Positions 46,355-57,827 are shown, counted from the stretch's first letter. The stretch: DNA of 64,000 nucleotides from Jatrophihabitans sp. (GCA_051001975.1 JBPCMU010000076.1:4836-68835), one strand, 5' to 3'. Notes: a model not told the origin generated them from the sequence alone. Numbers and translations are program-made.

Positions 46355-46542
46355 CACCGCGCCGACCGTAGGTCCAGGCGGTCGCGTCCGCGCCGAGCTC
46401 GCGAGGCCGGCGCCATAGGCACCGCCGACCGTAGGTCCAGGCGGTCGCGTCCGCGCCGAGCTTGCGAGGCCGGCGCCATAGGCACCGCCGACCGTAGGTC
46501 CGGGTGGGCGCGACTGCGACGCCTGTGCGGCCGGCGCCATGG
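46355..46542. repeat. three tandem copies of a unit of about 63 bp, between the kinase and the sugar ABC operon
   Basis: Units start at 46355, 46420 and 46483. Unit 2 = CACCGCCGACCGTAGGTCCAGGCGGTCGCGTCCGCGCCGAGCTTGCGAGGCCGGCGCCATAGG. The third copy is diverged. Confidence 0.8.
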
Positions 46543-46544
46543 AC

Positions 46545-47669
46545 TCAAGCGTCGGACCAGCGGGCGATCGTCGCGCTGGCGCGGCGCACCGAGATCCGGC
46601 CGGAGTCGGGCAGTACGTCGTCGACGAAGGCGTAGGCGGCGGCCAGGTCACGGGCCGCTCCGGAGCCGGCCGCAGCCTTCGCCCGCACTCCCGCCAGCCA
46701 GTCGACGATGTCGCCCCACCCCGGCGCGGCGAGTGACCCGCCGACGTATTGCACGGACAGCGCTGCGCAGAGGTTGGCGAAGGCAAGCCGCTGGCGCAGT
46801 GGCCACTTGCGCAGGGTGCCAAGCACGAAGGCCGCGCCGAAGACGTCACCGGCGCCGGTCGGATCGGTCTCGTTGACCGGCAGCGACGGTGCCCATTCCT
46901 CCTCGCCGGTCTCCGAGTCGACGGCCAGCGCGCCCTGCCCACCACACGTCACGACCGCGACCGGCACCTTGTCAGCGAGTACGTGCAGCGCGTCATGCGG
47001 GTCGTCGGTATGGGTGTAGGCCATCGCTTCGACGCTGTTCGGGACGAAGGCGTGGAACCCCTTCAGCCGATCGAAGATCGACGCCGACCATTTCTCCTCG
47101 GGATCCCATCCGACGTCGCCGAACAGGAGCATCCCTCGCGCGGCGGCATCTTGGATCCACGGTTCCGGGTCGTCGGTGAGGTGCACGAAGCCGACCGACG
47201 CATCGGGCGCGGTCCCGACGAGTTCGGTGGGCCGCAATGGTGCCGGGTGGCTGTGCGTCACCATCGTTCGGTCCCGGTTGACGACGAGGGAGACGGTGAC
47301 CGGCGAGTGCCACGCCGGGAACCGTCGCGAGTAGCTCAGGTCGACACCCTCCTGAGCGGACAGGGTGCGCCAGCAGAAGTCGCCGTACACATCGTCGCCG
47401 AAGGCGCCGGCCAGCGAAGTGCGCAGACCCAGCCGACTGGCCGCGATGGCCAGATTCGCGATGCCGCCGGGGCACGACCCCATCCCGTCGGCCCAGACCT
47501 CCGTGCCCCGCGCAGGCACCGCCTCGAGACCGGTCAGCACCAGGTCGAAGAACACGGTGCCCTGCAGGAAGAGGTCGCAGTCGGTACCGGTCACCGCGAC
47601 GCCGGCCGCCGCATTCGCGGGGACCTCGTCGTGGGGGTTGGCACCCAGGTACTCGTTCATCCCCACCAT
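46545..47669 (-). CDS. PfkB-family carbohydrate kinase
   Basis: GGIANLAIAASRLG and TDPTGAGDVFGAAF motifs. Start ATG at 47669 or 47660. Confidence 0.85.
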   Translation of the reverse strand: MVGMNEYLGANPHDEVPANAAAGVAVTGTDCDLFLQGTVFFDLVLTGLEAVPARGTEVWADGMGSCPGGIANLAIAASRLGLRTSLAGAFGDDVYGDFCWRTLSAQEGVDLSYSRRFPAWHSPVTVSLVVNRDRTMVTHSHPAPLRPTELVGTAPDASVGFVHLTDDPEPWIQDAAARGMLLFGDVGWDPEEKWSASIFDRLKGFHAFVPNSVEAMAYTHTDDPHDALHVLADKVPVAVVTCGGQGALAVDSETGEEEWAPSLPVNETDPTGAGDVFGAAFVLGTLRKWPLRQRLAFANLCAALSVQYVGGSLAAPGWGDIVDWLAGVRAKAAAGSGAARDLAAAYAFVDDVLPDSGRISVRRASATIARWSDA

Positions 47670-47721
47670 CGTGGCGTACCGGGCCTCCGATCGGGAAGCC
47701 GTTATCAGTAGTGTCCGGTCG

Positions 47722-49026
47722 ATGCGTGCGGTGGTGCTCGGCGGCGGCGGATTCCGCGTTCCGCTGATCGGCCGTGCGTTGCGCGCCGCCCGACTGGGCA
47801 TCGACGAGTTGATCCTCTACGACATCTCCCCCGATCGGCTGCGAACGATCCTGCTCGTGCTCGAGCAGGCCGGCGCGGGCGACTCGCAGGCCATCGCGGT
47901 ACGGGCCACCGGTGACCTCGACGACGCGCTGCGCGGGGCCGACCTGGTGTTCTCTGCGATGCGGGTCGGCGGTCTGGACGGTCGGGTGCACGATGAGCGA
48001 CTGGCGCTCGAGCTCGGTCTCATCGGCCAGGAAACGGTCGGCGCCGGCGGGCTGGCCTCGGCACTGCGCACCGTTCCGGAGGCAGTGCGCATCGCCCATC
48101 GCATCGCCGAATTGGCGCCAGCCGCGTGGGTGATCACGATGACGAACCCGGCCGGCATCGTCACCGAGGCGATGAGTCCGGTGCTCGGCGACCGGGTGAT
48201 CGGCGTGTGTGATTCGGCCAGCGGCCTTGTCGCTCGAGCAAGCCGGGCGCTCGGTGCCGATCCGGACACAACGGAGGTGGACTACGTCGGGCTGAACCAC
48301 CTCGGCTGGTTGCGCGAGCTCCGCGTCGACGGCCACGACAGCCTGCCGGGTCTGCTCGACGACCCGGCAGCCCTCGCATCGATCGAGGAGGGTCGGCTGT
48401 TCGGCCAGCCGTTCCTACAGGCGCTGGGTGCGCTACCCAACGAGTACCTCTACTACTTCTATGACGCCCGTACCGCGCTGCACTCGATCCGGGCCGCCGC
48501 GCAGACCCGCGGCGAGCACGTCCGCGAGGAGCAGCGTGCGTTCTATGCCGCAGCCTCGGCGCGTCCGCACCAAGCCGGGGCACTGTGGCAGCAGGCGAAC
48601 GACGAGCGCAACTCGAGCTACTTCGCGGAGCTTCGCGGCACTGACCAGACCCGGGACGTCGAGGATATCGCCGGCGGTGGCTATGAAGGCATCGCGGCAG
48701 CCGCGGCGCGAGCGCTGACCGGCGGTCCGCCCGCGCGGCTGATCCTCAACGTGCCCAACCGTGGCACCGTGCCGGGCCTGCCTGCCGACGCGGTAGTGGA
48801 GGTCGGTTGCCGGGTCGACACCTCGGGCGCCCGGCCGCTGCCGGTCGGCCCGCCGTCGGAACACCAGCTCGGCCTGATGTCCTCGGTGAAGGCATCCGAA
48901 CGCGCGATCATCGAAGCGGCACTGACCGGATCGCGGTCCGCGCTGCTGCGGGCGTTCGCGGTGCACCCGCTCGTCGGGTCGCTGGCCTCGGCATCCCGGC
49001 TCGCCGAGGATGCGCTCGGAAGTTGA
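47722..49026 (+). CDS. glycoside hydrolase family 4 (6-phospho-glucosidase-like)
   Basis: Start MRAVVLGGGGFRVP. QETVGAGG...TNPAGIVTEA...GVCDS...GLNHLGW. Confidence 0.8.
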   Translation: MRAVVLGGGGFRVPLIGRALRAARLGIDELILYDISPDRLRTILLVLEQAGAGDSQAIAVRATGDLDDALRGADLVFSAMRVGGLDGRVHDERLALELGLIGQETVGAGGLASALRTVPEAVRIAHRIAELAPAAWVITMTNPAGIVTEAMSPVLGDRVIGVCDSASGLVARASRALGADPDTTEVDYVGLNHLGWLRELRVDGHDSLPGLLDDPAALASIEEGRLFGQPFLQALGALPNEYLYYFYDARTALHSIRAAAQTRGEHVREEQRAFYAAASARPHQAGALWQQANDERNSSYFAELRGTDQTRDVEDIAGGGYEGIAAAAARALTGGPPARLILNVPNRGTVPGLPADAVVEVGCRVDTSGARPLPVGPPSEHQLGLMSSVKASERAIIEAALTGSRSALLRAFAVHPLVGSLASASRLAEDALGS

Positions 49027-49157
49027 GTAGATGATCGGCCCGATGAACGCATTCCGGCGCCCGACGAGCAGAGATTCGGCGGCCGACGGCCCAGCGACGC
49101 GGGGGGCATGCCTGTCAGGTACTGAAACCAGGGCATATCTGTCCGGGTCAGTGGGCG

Positions 49158-50375
49158 ATGTCTGGTTGGATCGAGGCCATGTCGACCCCTCCTCCGGACC
49201 AGCCGGGGCCTCAGCCACCGCAACCGGGCCAGCCGCAGCCGGGTCAACAGCCGCTCGGCCCGCCGCAGCCGCAGGGGTATCAGCAACAGCCCCAGCAGCC
49301 GGTTCCGATGCAATCGCAGCCCGGATCGCATGGGCATCCGGTCGGTCCGCCGCAGCCTCCTGGCGGCGTCCCGGGGCGCATTGTCATCGAGAACCTGAGC
49401 AAGAGTTTCGGCACTGTGCACGCGGTGACCAACCTGAGCTTCAGCGTCGAGCCCGGATCGGTTACCGGATTCCTCGGCCCCAACGGAGCCGGCAAGACGA
49501 CCACCCTGCGGATGCTGCTCGGCCTGGTGAAGCCCACCGGGGGAGTGGCCACCATCGAAGGACGGCCCTACAGCCAACTGAAAAATCCGTTGCGCGTCGT
49601 GGGTGCGGCACTGGAGGCATCGAGCTTCCACCCGGCCCGGACCGGCCGGAACCATCTGCGCGTTTATGCAGCCGCCGCCGGGCTGCCCGATGCCCGGGTC
49701 GACCAGCTGCTGGAGATGGTCGGGCTGCGTGATGCAGCGAAGCGCAAGGTCAAGGGCTACTCGATGGGCATGCGGCAGCGTCTCGCGCTGGCCGCCACCC
49801 TGCTCGGTGACCCCCGGGTGCTCATCCTCGATGAGCCGGCCAACGGTCTGGACCCGGAGGGCATCCGCTGGTTACGCGGGTTCTTCCGCCACCTCGCCGC
49901 CGAGGGGCGCACCGTCCTGGTCTCCAGCCATCAGCTGAACGAGGTCCAGGAGTTCGCCGACCGAGTCGTCATCCTCAACCGGGGCTCGCTGGTCCGAGCC
50001 GGCTCGATCGAGGAACTGACCGCCGGCACTGACACCGTGGTGACCCGCAGCCCGCAGGCCGACCAGCTCGCCGACGCGCTGTCGAAGGCAGGCAAGGAAG
50101 TCCAACGCACCGACGAGGACACCGTCCGGGTGCGTTCGGGCGACACGGCCGAGGTCGGCCACCTAGCCTTCACCAACGGAATCGAACTGCACGAGCTGTC
50201 GGTGGAGAAGTTCGATCTCGAGCAGTTGTTCTTTGCGCTCACCCAAGGGCAGTACCAGGGCGCCGACCTCGGTGGCGGTCCACCCCTGCAACCCGGTCCG
50301 CTCCAGCAACCCGGGCCACCGCAGGCGCCCGGCCAGCCACCGGCCCAGCAGCCGAACGGAGGCGCCCGGTCATGA
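49158..50375 (+). CDS. ABC transporter ATP-binding protein with Pro/Gln-rich termini
   Basis: Walker A GPNGAGKTT, signature YSMGMRQR, Walker B LILDEP. About 70-aa PQ-rich N-terminus and PQ-rich C-terminus. Confidence 0.85.
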   Translation: MSGWIEAMSTPPPDQPGPQPPQPGQPQPGQQPLGPPQPQGYQQQPQQPVPMQSQPGSHGHPVGPPQPPGGVPGRIVIENLSKSFGTVHAVTNLSFSVEPGSVTGFLGPNGAGKTTTLRMLLGLVKPTGGVATIEGRPYSQLKNPLRVVGAALEASSFHPARTGRNHLRVYAAAAGLPDARVDQLLEMVGLRDAAKRKVKGYSMGMRQRLALAATLLGDPRVLILDEPANGLDPEGIRWLRGFFRHLAAEGRTVLVSSHQLNEVQEFADRVVILNRGSLVRAGSIEELTAGTDTVVTRSPQADQLADALSKAGKEVQRTDEDTVRVRSGDTAEVGHLAFTNGIELHELSVEKFDLEQLFFALTQGQYQGADLGGGPPLQPGPLQQPGPPQAPGQPPAQQPNGGARS

Positions 50376-51124
50376 ACCTCGTCCGATCAGAATTCCGGAA
50401 GCTGTTCAGCACCCAGGTCTGGTTCTGGCTGCTACTCACCTGCGTCACGCTCACCGCTCTGGGGGTGTGGGGAACGATTGGCGGCAATGACGACGCGGAG
50501 CTGACGCAGAACGTCAGGAATGTGTTCGTCTCTGCCCAAGCTGCGTTCACCTATGTTCCACTCTTCGTGCTCGGCGTCCTGGCGGTCACTACCGAGTTCC
50601 GCTACCAGACGATCACGCCGACGGTGCTGGCAACGCCCTCACGGTGGTCTGTCGTCGGAGCGAAGATCATCACGTACGTGGGAGTCGGGATCCTGTACGC
50701 GTTGGTCTGTCTCGTCGTGGAGCTTGCGATGGCCCTGCCGTGGCTCTCCGCGCGCAACATCGACTACAGCCTGGGCGATCAGAGCGGCGCGATCTTCTCG
50801 ACCTTCCTCGTGCTGGTGCTGTTCACCCTGTTCGGCATCGGAGCAGGGGCGCTGCTGCGTAATCAGATCGTCGCGGTGACCCTCGGAATCATCTTCATCA
50901 TCGTTCTCGGAAACATCGTGTTGATCATCCCGGGGGTCAAGTACATCTATCCGTACCTGCCGACCGGTTTGGTGAACGCCATAGCGACGCAGGCCAGCGA
51001 CTCGCGGACCATCAACGATGTGACGCTCTTGTCCGCCGGTGCGGCGGTCGGGATCTTGGTGATCTGGGGACTCGGGATGTCACTGCTGGGTGCCGGGCTG
51101 TCGATGAACCGTGACATCACCTGA
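50372..51124 (+). CDS. ABC-2 type transporter permease
   Basis: 250 aa, six hydrophobic segments. ATGA overlap with the ATPase gene. Confidence 0.8.
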   Translation: MNLVRSEFRKLFSTQVWFWLLLTCVTLTALGVWGTIGGNDDAELTQNVRNVFVSAQAAFTYVPLFVLGVLAVTTEFRYQTITPTVLATPSRWSVVGAKIITYVGVGILYALVCLVVELAMALPWLSARNIDYSLGDQSGAIFSTFLVLVLFTLFGIGAGALLRNQIVAVTLGIIFIIVLGNIVLIIPGVKYIYPYLPTGLVNAIATQASDSRTINDVTLLSAGAAVGILVIWGLGMSLLGAGLSMNRDIT

Positions 51125-51623
51125 GCGAGGCCGCGGACGCGGCATCGCCGGGCTGCTGGTCGGCGCGCTGCTGGTCGGGCTCGCACTGACCGGCTGCACA
51201 CTCGGCGAGCCGACGAGCTTCGGCGCGCGCGCCGACCGATACTGCGCCTCGTCGATGCGCCTGGTCGCCAAGCTGAAGTACGCGAGCACCGGCACGGACG
51301 CGCTGCGCTACTCGTCGGCGCGCTACCTCGTCCTCGAGCGGACCGTCTCGGAACTGACCGACGACGTCGGACTGCCGGGCGGCAGCGAAGGCGAGGCGTA
51401 TCGGGAGCGCTGGCTGCGCCCGGCGCGGGCGTCGCTGAAGCAGGGCATCACCGATCTCGATCGGCTCCGGCACGCGATCAAGGGCAACGACCCTGCGGCC
51501 GTTGCGAGCGCGGTGAAGGCGGCTAACGGGGCCGGTACGGCGGGGGTGGACACCGCCTACCTCACCGCGCAGAAGTTGCCGGAATGCGCCGCGGCTTTCG
51601 CTGAAGGTCACACCAACGGATAG
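51111..51623 (+). CDS. putative lipoprotein
   Basis: Lipobox LALTGC. 170 aa. Confidence 0.55.
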   Translation: MTSPERGRGRGIAGLLVGALLVGLALTGCTLGEPTSFGARADRYCASSMRLVAKLKYASTGTDALRYSSARYLVLERTVSELTDDVGLPGGSEGEAYRERWLRPARASLKQGITDLDRLRHAIKGNDPAAVASAVKAANGAGTAGVDTAYLTAQKLPECAAAFAEGHTNG

Positions 51624-51709
51624 CTGTCACGGCGTATCCTGAGAAGGTCAACGAAACACCCTTCAATCCGATACAAACCCACGCAAATATTGAGGCGGCC
51701 AGGTCACCC

Positions 51710-54700
51710 GTGGCGACGACGGAGCAGTCGACAGAACACCCCACCAACTCCGAGCCGGCCGGCGCGGCCGCCTTCGGCCCCAACGAGTGGCTCGTCGAGG
51801 AGATGTACGAGCGCTATCAGGCCGATCCGGACAGCGTCGACTCGGCGTGGCACGACTTCTTCGCCGACTACCGACCGCGGGCGGGCGCTCAACCGGCCGC
51901 CGCGAAGGCACCGGCTGGTGATCCCGCTCCGGCAGCCGAGGTGCGACCTACGTCGGTGAGCACCCCGGCACCGTCCGCTCCCCCAGCTACGCCCGCTGCG
52001 CCCGCCGAGCCGGCAAGCAAGCCAGCCGCATTGAACGGCGCGGCACCGAAGACCGAGACGAAGGCCGCACCGAAGGCCGCACCGAAGGCCGCACCGAGCG
52101 TCCCCGTGGCCGACGGCGACACCTCGACCGTGCTGCGTGGCGCGCCGGCCCGCGTCGTGGTCAACATGGAGAGTTCGCTGGAGTTGCCCACCGCGACCAG
52201 CGTCCGCGCCGTCCCGGCCAAGCTGCTGGCCGACAACCGAGTTGTCATCAACAACCACCTGCGCCGCGCCCGCGGCGGGAAGATCAGCTTCACCCACATC
52301 ATCGGCTACGCGCTGGTGAAGGCCGCCATCGAATACCCGGCGATGAACGCGCACTTCGCCCGCGTCGACGGTAAGCCTGCCGTGGTGCAGCCCGAGCACA
52401 TCAACCTCGGCCTGGCGATCGACCTACCCGGCAAGGACGGCGCCCGCTCACTTGTGGTCGTGGCCATCAAGGAGTCCGAGAAGAAGGACTTCGGCCAGTT
52501 CTGGTCGGCCTATGAAGACTTGGTGCGTAAGGCCCGCAACGGCAAGCTCGGGGCCGACGACTTCGCCGGCACCACCCTGACCCTCACCAACCCAGGCACC
52601 ATTGGCACCAACCATTCGGTACCGCGACTGATGTCCGGGCAGGGCACCATCATCGGCGTCGGCGCGATGGAGTACCCGGCCGAGTTCTCCGGGATGAGCG
52701 AGGACGCCCTCACCGCGGCGGCGATCAGCAAGATCATGACGCTGACCTCCACCTACGACCACCGCATCATCCAGGGTGCGCAGTCCGGCGAGTACCTGCG
52801 TCGGGTGCACCAGTTGCTGCTCGGCGAGGAGGGGTTCTACGACGAGATCTTTGCCTCACTGCGCATCCCGTACGAGCCGGTGCGCTGGCTGACCGACCGA
52901 GAGTTCACCCACGAGGGCCAGATCGACAAGGCCGCCCGCGTCATCGAGCTGATCAACGCCTACCGCAGCAACGGCCACCTGATGGCCGACACCGATCCGT
53001 TGGACTTCAAGGTCCGCACCCACCCCGATCTCGACATCATCAAGCACGGCCTGACCCTGTGGGATCTGGACCGGGAGTTCCCGGTCGGCGGGTTCGCTGG
53101 CGAGAAGCTGATGAAGTTGCGCGACATCCTCGGTGTGCTGCGCGACGCGTACTGCCGCCGGGTCGGCGTCGAGTACATGCACATCACCGACCCCCAGCAA
53201 CGGGCCTGGTTGCAGCAACGGGTCGAGGTGAAGAGCGATGCGCCGTCGAAGGACGAGCAGAAGCACATCCTCGGCCGCCTGAACGTGGCCGAGGCGTTCG
53301 AGACGTTCCTGCAGACCAAGTACGTCGGGCAGAAGCGGTTCAGCCTGGAGGGCGGCGAGACCGTCATCCCGCTACTGGATGCAGTGCTCGGCCGCGCCGC
53401 GGAAGGCAATCTCGACGAGGTCGTCATCGGCATGCCGCACCGCGGCCGGCTCAACGTGTTGGCCAACATCGTGGGCAAGCCGTACGCGAAGATCTTCACC
53501 GAGTTCGAGGGCAACATCGACCCCGGCACCGCGCAGGGCTCCGGCGACGTCAAGTACCACCTCGGCGCGCACGGCACCTTCACCTCGCGTGGCGGCGCCA
53601 GCACCAAGGTCTACCTCTCGGCCAACCCGTCGCACCTGGAGGCCGTCGACCCGGTGCTGGAGGGCATCGCGCGGGCCAAGCAGGACATCCTCGACAAGGG
53701 CGAGGCCGGCTTCACCGTGCTGCCCGTGCTGATGCACGGGGACGCCGCGTTCGCCGGGCAGGGGGTCGTCGCCGAGACACTGAACCTCTCACAGCTGCGC
53801 GGCTACCGCACCGGGGGGACGGTGCATGTCGTGGTGAACAACCAGGTCGGCTTCACCACCTCGCCGTCGGCATCTCGCTCCAGCCTGTACTGCACCGACA
53901 TCGCCCGGATGATCGCCGCGCCGATCTTCCACGTGAACGGTGACGACCCGGAGGCGTGCGTGCGGGTCGCCAAGCTCGCGGTGGACTTCCGCAACGAGTT
54001 CCGCAAGGACGTCGTCATCGACATGCTCTGCTATCGCCGGCGCGGTCACAACGAGGCCGACAACCCGTCGTTCACGCAACCGCTGATGTACGACATCATC
54101 GACAACAAGCGCAGTGTCCGGAAGCTGTACACCGAGTCGCTGGTGGGCCGCGGCGACATCACCGTCGAGGAGGCCGAGGTCTCCCTGCGGGACTTCCACT
54201 CGCAGCTGGAGAAGGTCTTCCTGGAGACCCGCAACGCCACCGGCAAGCCGACGCCGGAGCCGGTGATGGACACCACCACTCCGTCGGCGCCGGTGCAGAC
54301 CGCCATCGACCTAGAGACGATCAAGCGGATCGGCGACTCCTACGCCAACTTGCCGGAGGACTTCACCATCCACCCCCGGCTCAAGCCCGTCATCGACAGG
54401 CGCATCGCGATGGCTACCGGCGGTGATGTGGATTGGGCGACCGCCGAGCTGTTCGCGTTCGGTTCCCTGGTGCTGGAGGGCACCGCGGTACGGCTGGCCG
54501 GCCAGGACACCCGGCGTGGCACGTTCGTGCAGCGCCACGCCGTGCTAGTCGACCGGGCCAACGGCGACGAGTACACACCGCTGCGCAACATCCCGGGATC
54601 AACGGCCGGTTTCCGCGCCTACGACTCGCTGCTGAGCGAGTTCGCCGCGGTTGGCTTCGAATACGGTTACTCCGTCACGCACAAGGACTCACTCGTCTGC

Positions 54701-55486
54701 TGGGAAGCGCAGTTCGGCGACTTCGTCGATGGCGCGCAGACGATCATCGACGAGTTCATCTCCTCCGGTGAGGCGAAGTGGGGCCAGCGATCCGGCCTGA
54801 CGCTGCTTCTGCCGCACGGCTACGAGGGCCAGGGTCCGGACCACTCCTCCGGCCGCCCGGAGCGCTTCTTGCAGATGGCCGCCGAGAGCAACATGACGGT
54901 GGCGATGTGCTCCACGCCGGCGAACTACTTCCACCTGCTGCGCAGGCAGGGTCTCGGCACCGTGCGGCGCCCGCTCATCGCGTTCACACCGAAGTCGTTG
55001 CTGCGCCTGAAGGCCGCGGTCAGCCAGCTCGACGAGTTCACCGACCGCGGCTTCCAGACCGTGATCGGCGACGCCTCTACAGCAGGCTCCGGTCGCGAGC
55101 TCCCCCCGGTCGACGCCGCGCAGGTGCGTCGCGTCGTGCTCTGCACCGGCAAGGTCTACTACGACCTGCGGGCGGCGCTCACCAAGGCAGAGCGCTCCGA
55201 CGTGGCGCTGGTCCGGGTCGAGCAGCTGTACCCGCTGCCCGCCGACGAGATCGCCGCCGAACTGGCGAAGTACCCGTCAGCGGATCTGGTGTGGGCACAG
55301 GAGGAACCGGCCAACCAGGGCGCTTGGCAATTCATCGCGCTCAATCTGCCCGAGCAGCTGGTCGCCCGGGGCGACTCGCGGCCATTGCGGCGCGCGTCCC
55401 GCCGGGCATCCGCCTCGCCCGCAGTCGGATCGTCAAGTGTGCACTCCGAGCAGCAGGCCGAGGTCGTCGCCGCCGCGCTGGGTTGA
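51710..55486 (+). CDS. kgd: multifunctional 2-oxoglutarate decarboxylase/dehydrogenase E1 with N-terminal E2-like acyltransferase domain
   Basis: 1258 aa. Ala/Pro-rich linker, DHRIIQG acyltransferase motif, then the E1 ThDP region ([20 protein letters not shown]). Confidence 0.95.
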   Translation: MATTEQSTEHPTNSEPAGAAAFGPNEWLVEEMYERYQADPDSVDSAWHDFFADYRPRAGAQPAAAKAPAGDPAPAAEVRPTSVSTPAPSAPPATPAAPAEPASKPAALNGAAPKTETKAAPKAAPKAAPSVPVADGDTSTVLRGAPARVVVNMESSLELPTATSVRAVPAKLLADNRVVINNHLRRARGGKISFTHIIGYALVKAAIEYPAMNAHFARVDGKPAVVQPEHINLGLAIDLPGKDGARSLVVVAIKESEKKDFGQFWSAYEDLVRKARNGKLGADDFAGTTLTLTNPGTIGTNHSVPRLMSGQGTIIGVGAMEYPAEFSGMSEDALTAAAISKIMTLTSTYDHRIIQGAQSGEYLRRVHQLLLGEEGFYDEIFASLRIPYEPVRWLTDREFTHEGQIDKAARVIELINAYRSNGHLMADTDPLDFKVRTHPDLDIIKHGLTLWDLDREFPVGGFAGEKLMKLRDILGVLRDAYCRRVGVEYMHITDPQQRAWLQQRVEVKSDAPSKDEQKHILGRLNVAEAFETFLQTKYVGQKRFSLEGGETVIPLLDAVLGRAAEGNLDEVVIGMPHRGRLNVLANIVGKPYAKIFTEFEGNIDPGTAQGSGDVKYHLGAHGTFTSRGGASTKVYLSANPSHLEAVDPVLEGIARAKQDILDKGEAGFTVLPVLMHGDAAFAGQGVVAETLNLSQLRGYRTGGTVHVVVNNQVGFTTSPSASRSSLYCTDIARMIAAPIFHVNGDDPEACVRVAKLAVDFRNEFRKDVVIDMLCYRRRGHNEADNPSFTQPLMYDIIDNKRSVRKLYTESLVGRGDITVEEAEVSLRDFHSQLEKVFLETRNATGKPTPEPVMDTTTPSAPVQTAIDLETIKRIGDSYANLPEDFTIHPRLKPVIDRRIAMATGGDVDWATAELFAFGSLVLEGTAVRLAGQDTRRGTFVQRHAVLVDRANGDEYTPLRNIPGSTAGFRAYDSLLSEFAAVGFEYGYSVTHKDSLVCWEAQFGDFVDGAQTIIDEFISSGEAKWGQRSGLTLLLPHGYEGQGPDHSSGRPERFLQMAAESNMTVAMCSTPANYFHLLRRQGLGTVRRPLIAFTPKSLLRLKAAVSQLDEFTDRGFQTVIGDASTAGSGRELPPVDAAQVRRVVLCTGKVYYDLRAALTKAERSDVALVRVEQLYPLPADEIAAELAKYPSADLVWAQEEPANQGAWQFIALNLPEQLVARGDSRPLRRASRRASASPAVGSSSVHSEQQAEVVAAALG

Positions 55487-55512
55487 GCTCGCACCGCCGT
55501 TAGGGTCTAGCC

Positions 55513-56517
55513 ATGACGATGATCACGGGTGGACGTCCGGTGCGCTGGGCGATATTGGGAGCGGGCGGGATCGCGGCGAAGGTCGGCGCGGACATCGCAT
55601 CGAGTCCTTCGAACGAGGTGGTCGCCATCGGCGCTCGCGACCTGGACCGGGCCCGCGCGCTGGCCGACGCCCTGGCCGCACCGCGCGCCTACGGCTCGTA
55701 CGCCGAGTTGGTGGCCGACCCGGACGTCGACGTCGTCTACGTCGCAACGACGCACGCGCAGCACCACGAGCACGCCACTCTCGCCCTGCGGGCCGGCAAG
55801 CCGGTGCTGGTGGAGAAGGCGTTCACGCTGAACGCCGCCGAGGCGCGCGAGGTGATCGCGCTGGCCCGTGCACAGCAGCTGTTCTGCATGGAAGCCATGT
55901 GGATGCGGCTGAACCCGCTGGTGCGCGCCGCACAGCAGGTCGTGGCTGAGGGCGGCATCGGCACGGTGCTCAGCGCGTCCGCCGATCTGAGCGTGCTGTT
56001 CGCGTACGACCCGGGCCACCGGCTCTTCGACCTGTCCGCCGGCGGAGGTGCGCAGCTGGATCTCGGCGTCTATTCCACTACCTTCGCGCATCTCTTTCTC
56101 GGCACCCCCGAGTCGGTGACCGCGACAGGCTCCCTCGCGGCGACCGGCGCGGACGCCACGATTGCCATGCAGTGGGGGTATCCCGATGATCGCTACGGCC
56201 ACGTCGGATGCTCGACCCGGGGACGTTCGCCGCAGCTCGGCACCGTCGTCGGCACCAGTGGTTGGCTGACCATCGGCACGCCGTTTCACCACCCGGACAC
56301 GCTCACCGTCTACCGGGACGACGAACTCGAGGTCGTAAACGCGACCGTGCCGGGCAATGGGTACGGCCCGCAGATCGACGAGGTGGAGCGGTGCCTGCGG
56401 GAGGGTCTCACCGAGAGTCCGCTGGTGCCGCTGGCCGACACGTTGGCCATCCTGCAGATCATGGACGAGGCTCGAGCCCAGGTCGGAGTTCGCTATCCGG
56501 CCGACGACCGCGAGTAG
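55513..56517 (+). CDS. Gfo/Idh/MocA-family oxidoreductase
   Basis: VRWAILGAGGIAAK...VLVEKAF. Confidence 0.85.
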   Translation: MTMITGGRPVRWAILGAGGIAAKVGADIASSPSNEVVAIGARDLDRARALADALAAPRAYGSYAELVADPDVDVVYVATTHAQHHEHATLALRAGKPVLVEKAFTLNAAEAREVIALARAQQLFCMEAMWMRLNPLVRAAQQVVAEGGIGTVLSASADLSVLFAYDPGHRLFDLSAGGGAQLDLGVYSTTFAHLFLGTPESVTATGSLAATGADATIAMQWGYPDDRYGHVGCSTRGRSPQLGTVVGTSGWLTIGTPFHHPDTLTVYRDDELEVVNATVPGNGYGPQIDEVERCLREGLTESPLVPLADTLAILQIMDEARAQVGVRYPADDRE

Positions 56518-56529
56518 GAGGAATAGCAC

Positions 56530-56712
56530 GTGTACTTCACCGACCGGGGCATCGAGGAACTGGCCGAACGCCGCGGCCCGGAGCAGGTCAGCCTCGACTG
56601 GCTGGCCGACCGGTTGCAGGCGTTCGTCGACTCGCATCCGGAGTTCGAGACAGCCGTCGACAGACTGGCCACCTGGCTGGCCCGCGACGATGACGACGAC
56701 CCCGACGAGTGA
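56530..56712 (+). CDS. small conserved acidic-tailed protein
   Basis: 60 aa: MYFTDRGIEELAERRGPEQVSLDWLADRLQAFVD...DDDDDPDE. Confidence 0.5.
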   Translation: MYFTDRGIEELAERRGPEQVSLDWLADRLQAFVDSHPEFETAVDRLATWLARDDDDDPDE

Positions 56713-56739
56713 TGCGCGCCTGATGAGCGAGCCCGCCGA

Positions 56740-57821
56740 GTGACCACTCTGCGCAGCCAGCTGGAGGGGCGGTTGGCCCGGCTGCGCACGCTCGGCGTCC
56801 GCGGCCTGCTCACCATCGAGCCCGACACGCTGCTGCGGATCGGCAAGGCGACGGTGGCCGGCGCGCTGGCCTGGGAAGTCGCCGCGTTGATGAACTCCCC
56901 GCGACCGGTGCTTGCGTCGCTCGGCGCCATCCTGGTCGTACAGGTCACCGTGCGGGCAACGCTGGCTCGGTCAATTCAGCTGACCATCGGCGTCATGGTC
57001 GGGCTGGCGCTGTCGGTCCTGATCGGGCACGTGCTGGGGATCCACTGGTGGACGATCGGGCTCATCGTGCTGGGCGGTCTCGTGGTCGGCGAGATCATGC
57101 GGCTCGGCGCCTTCTCCAGCCAGGTCGCGATCAGCGCCTTGCTGGCCTACAGCCTGGGCAGCGGCTACGGCACGCTGCGCGCGGTCGACACCGTGGTGGG
57201 TGCAGCGATCGGCGCGGCCGTCAACGCGCTGGTGCCGCCACCGAGCCAGGTCAAGGCGGGGGCGAGCACGTTGCGCAGCATCGGCGAGGATCTCGGCGCA
57301 CTGCTGGGCGACGTCAGCGACGGACTGGACGGCCCGCTCGACACCGCAGCGGTGAACCGGTGGCTGGACCGGGCGCGCGAAATCGCCGGGTCGCTGCGCC
57401 GCGCCTACGAGACGCTGAGCACCGCCCAGGAGAGCCTGCGCTTCAACCACCGGGGTCGGCTGGAGTTCGACCGGATGGAGCAGATCAACGAGGCCCGCCG
57501 CGCGCTGGACCACGCGACGACGCAGACCCGCGGGCTGATCCGCACGCTGTTGGAGGCGAGCCAGTCCCGGTCCACGGTGGAAGCCGGTCCTGGTGCGTTC
57601 CGGGCGCTCGGGCCGTTACTGCGCACGGCGGCCGGCGCAGTGTCGGCCGGCAGAGCGTCGAGTTGGTGAACGAGCGGCTGGTCGGCCTGGACACCACCGA
57701 TCCCCCGCAAGCCGATGTGGCCAGACTGCTGTCCTCGATGCTCGTCGACGCCGAACGGCTGCTGCATGAGGTGGACGTGCAGCACGGCTCCCACGCCGCG
57801 GCCGTAACCCCGGGCGGGTAG
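56740..57821 (+). CDS. FUSC/aromatic-acid-exporter-like membrane protein, apparent frameshift near 57635-57650
   Basis: ORF 56740-57669 has four to five helices plus a helical cytoplasmic domain. Coding-like sequence (high third-position GC) continues to 57821 in another frame (..VELVNERLVGLDTTDPPQADVARLL..). Confidence 0.6.
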
Positions 57822-57827
57822 ACCGGC

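Noticed and set aside
46355-46542. Possible CRISPR array
   Set aside because: The units are directly abutting tandem repeats with no unique spacers and no cas genes nearby.
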